The notes beneath the pieces were generated by a model, which did not search any database, was not told where the DNA came from, and saw only the letters and a list, made by a program, of their open reading frames with translations. From contig JBCBAP010000002.1 of NCBI GenBank assembly GCA_038532435.1, positions 66,327-130,326 of the forward strand: a stretch of 64,000 nt of DNA. The letters run 5' to 3'. The DNA comes from Pseudomonadota bacterium. GTDB lineage: Bacteria; Pseudomonadota; Alphaproteobacteria; Rhodobacterales; Rhodobacteraceae. A program made the translations under genes and the position numbers. Positions within the stretch are counted from its first letter, which is position 1. The number at the start of each line of letters is the position of its first letter. Of this stretch, positions 63,232 through 64,000 are shown one piece after another.

Positions 63232-64000
63232 TCAGAGAGCGCCAAGCTCCTGCGCCGCCTCGACAGTCAGAACATCGCTGTCGAGACCGTTTTCGAGTTG
63301 GAAGGCGCGGACGGCGCTGCGCGTGCCGCGCCCCTCGATCCCGTCGATCGCCCCGCCGTAGAAGCCGCGCGCCTTGAGCCCGCGCTGGACGGAGGCGGTG
63401 AAGGTCTTCGTGCGGTTCGTGTCGCAGACCACGTTGGTCCAGACGAGCGCTGCGGGCACCTCCTGGGTGCGCCGCTCCACAGTGCGGAAGGTGGCGGGCA
63501 CTTCCACCCGCTCAACGCGTTCCTCGGTCGCGACGACCCGGCGGGTCACGTTCTCGATCCGTGCGGGCACGGTGACCTCGCGGGACCGGGCGGGCTGCAC
63601 CACGACGCGGCGCGGGACTTCCCTGGTGACCGCGGGGATGGTGACCACCTCCGTCCGCTCCGGCGAGACAAGCTCCTCGCGCTCCACGGTTTCGAAGGTG
63701 GCGGGGAACTCGATCAGGCACTCAAGGCGCCCGGTCCCGTCGGTCCGGTTGCCGAGGAACGTTCCGCCCAGGGCAGGGCTGCCGACAGGGAACACCTGCC
63801 CGCAGGCGCGCCATGCGCGGAAGCTCGGGCGCACCGGCACCTGCTCCAGCACCCGCTGGTATTCGGCAGGGATCGTGACCGTTTCTGTCCGTTCCGGTTC
63901 CACGACGACGGTTTCCATCACGGTCTGGTAGACCGCGGGCACAACCTCGACCTTTGTGTAGGCCTCCTCAACGACGACAGGGGCCGTTTCATCCCGGAAT
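63232..64000 (-). CDS. Repeat-containing protein with C-terminal peptidoglycan-binding (PG_binding_1-like) domain; 5' end beyond window
   Basis: I hand-checked that the frame stays open to nt 64000. It has degenerate repeats of the type ERTE-V-TIPA..(Y/F)..V, and its C-terminus reads LKARGFYGGAIDGIEGRGTRSAVRAFQ. Confidence 0.7.
   Translation of the reverse strand, partial: FRDETAPVVVEEAYTKVEVVPAVYQTVMETVVVEPERTETVTIPAEYQRVLEQVPVRPSFRAWRACGQVFPVGSPALGGTFLGNRTDGTGRLECLIEFPATFETVEREELVSPERTEVVTIPAVTREVPRRVVVQPARSREVTVPARIENVTRRVVATEERVERVEVPATFRTVERRTQEVPAALVWTNVVCDTNRTKTFTASVQRGLKARGFYGGAIDGIEGRGTRSAVRAFQLENGLDSDVLTVEAAQELGAL

Noticed and set aside
1-64000. CRISPR arrays, IS elements, rRNA genes, prophage or defence-island content
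   Set aside because: I saw no regularly spaced direct repeats, no transposase, Cas or phage-like ORFs in any frame, and no rRNA-like sequence.

Overview
This window is a high-GC alphaproteobacterial chromosome segment; hand-counted coding lines run about 63-67% GC. Gene content looks Rhodobacteraceae-like: a smoEFGK-smoS-mtlK polyol operon, divergent putA/putR, ctaD with DUF2244, and CtrA-type boxes. I call about 60 protein genes and one tRNA-Leu(GAG). I saw no rRNA, CRISPR array, transposase or phage genes; xerD is the only recombinase and looks housekeeping. Most of the window is ordinary core metabolism and transport: aroK-aroB, carA, lipB, ppa, metA, ilvIH, putA, an ABC transporter and a TRAP transporter. 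Because of the GC content, nearly every real gene carries long spurious shadow ORFs on other frames, and several listed ORFs have false N-terminal extensions that I trimmed. The observations most worth a second look are:
- A four-gene passenger module sits between the acetolactate synthase large and small subunit genes: two paralogous lipoproteins, a short DUF849/BKACE-type enzyme and a sulfotransferase-like protein. It is translationally coupled to the small subunit gene.
- An unlisted 13-codon Ile/Val/Leu-rich leader peptide plus a terminator hairpin lies upstream of ilvI, forming a likely attenuator.
- A membrane family-2 glycosyltransferase (GT2) synthase carries an N-terminal MshEN-type tandem motif, which predicts c-di-GMP binding. 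A perfect CtrA box (TTAA-N7-TTAAC) lies in its promoter region.
- A second perfect CtrA box lies upstream of a TetR gene.
- A low-GC, roughly 0.5-kb spacer next to ilvH is packed with palindromes, GANTC sites and long-range inverted repeats.
- An unlisted 45-codon membrane micro-ORF lies upstream of the xerD operon.
- A roughly 0.45-kb stretch with no supportable coding region follows the TRAP permease gene.
All functional calls come from reading motifs and recalling protein families. No database search was run.
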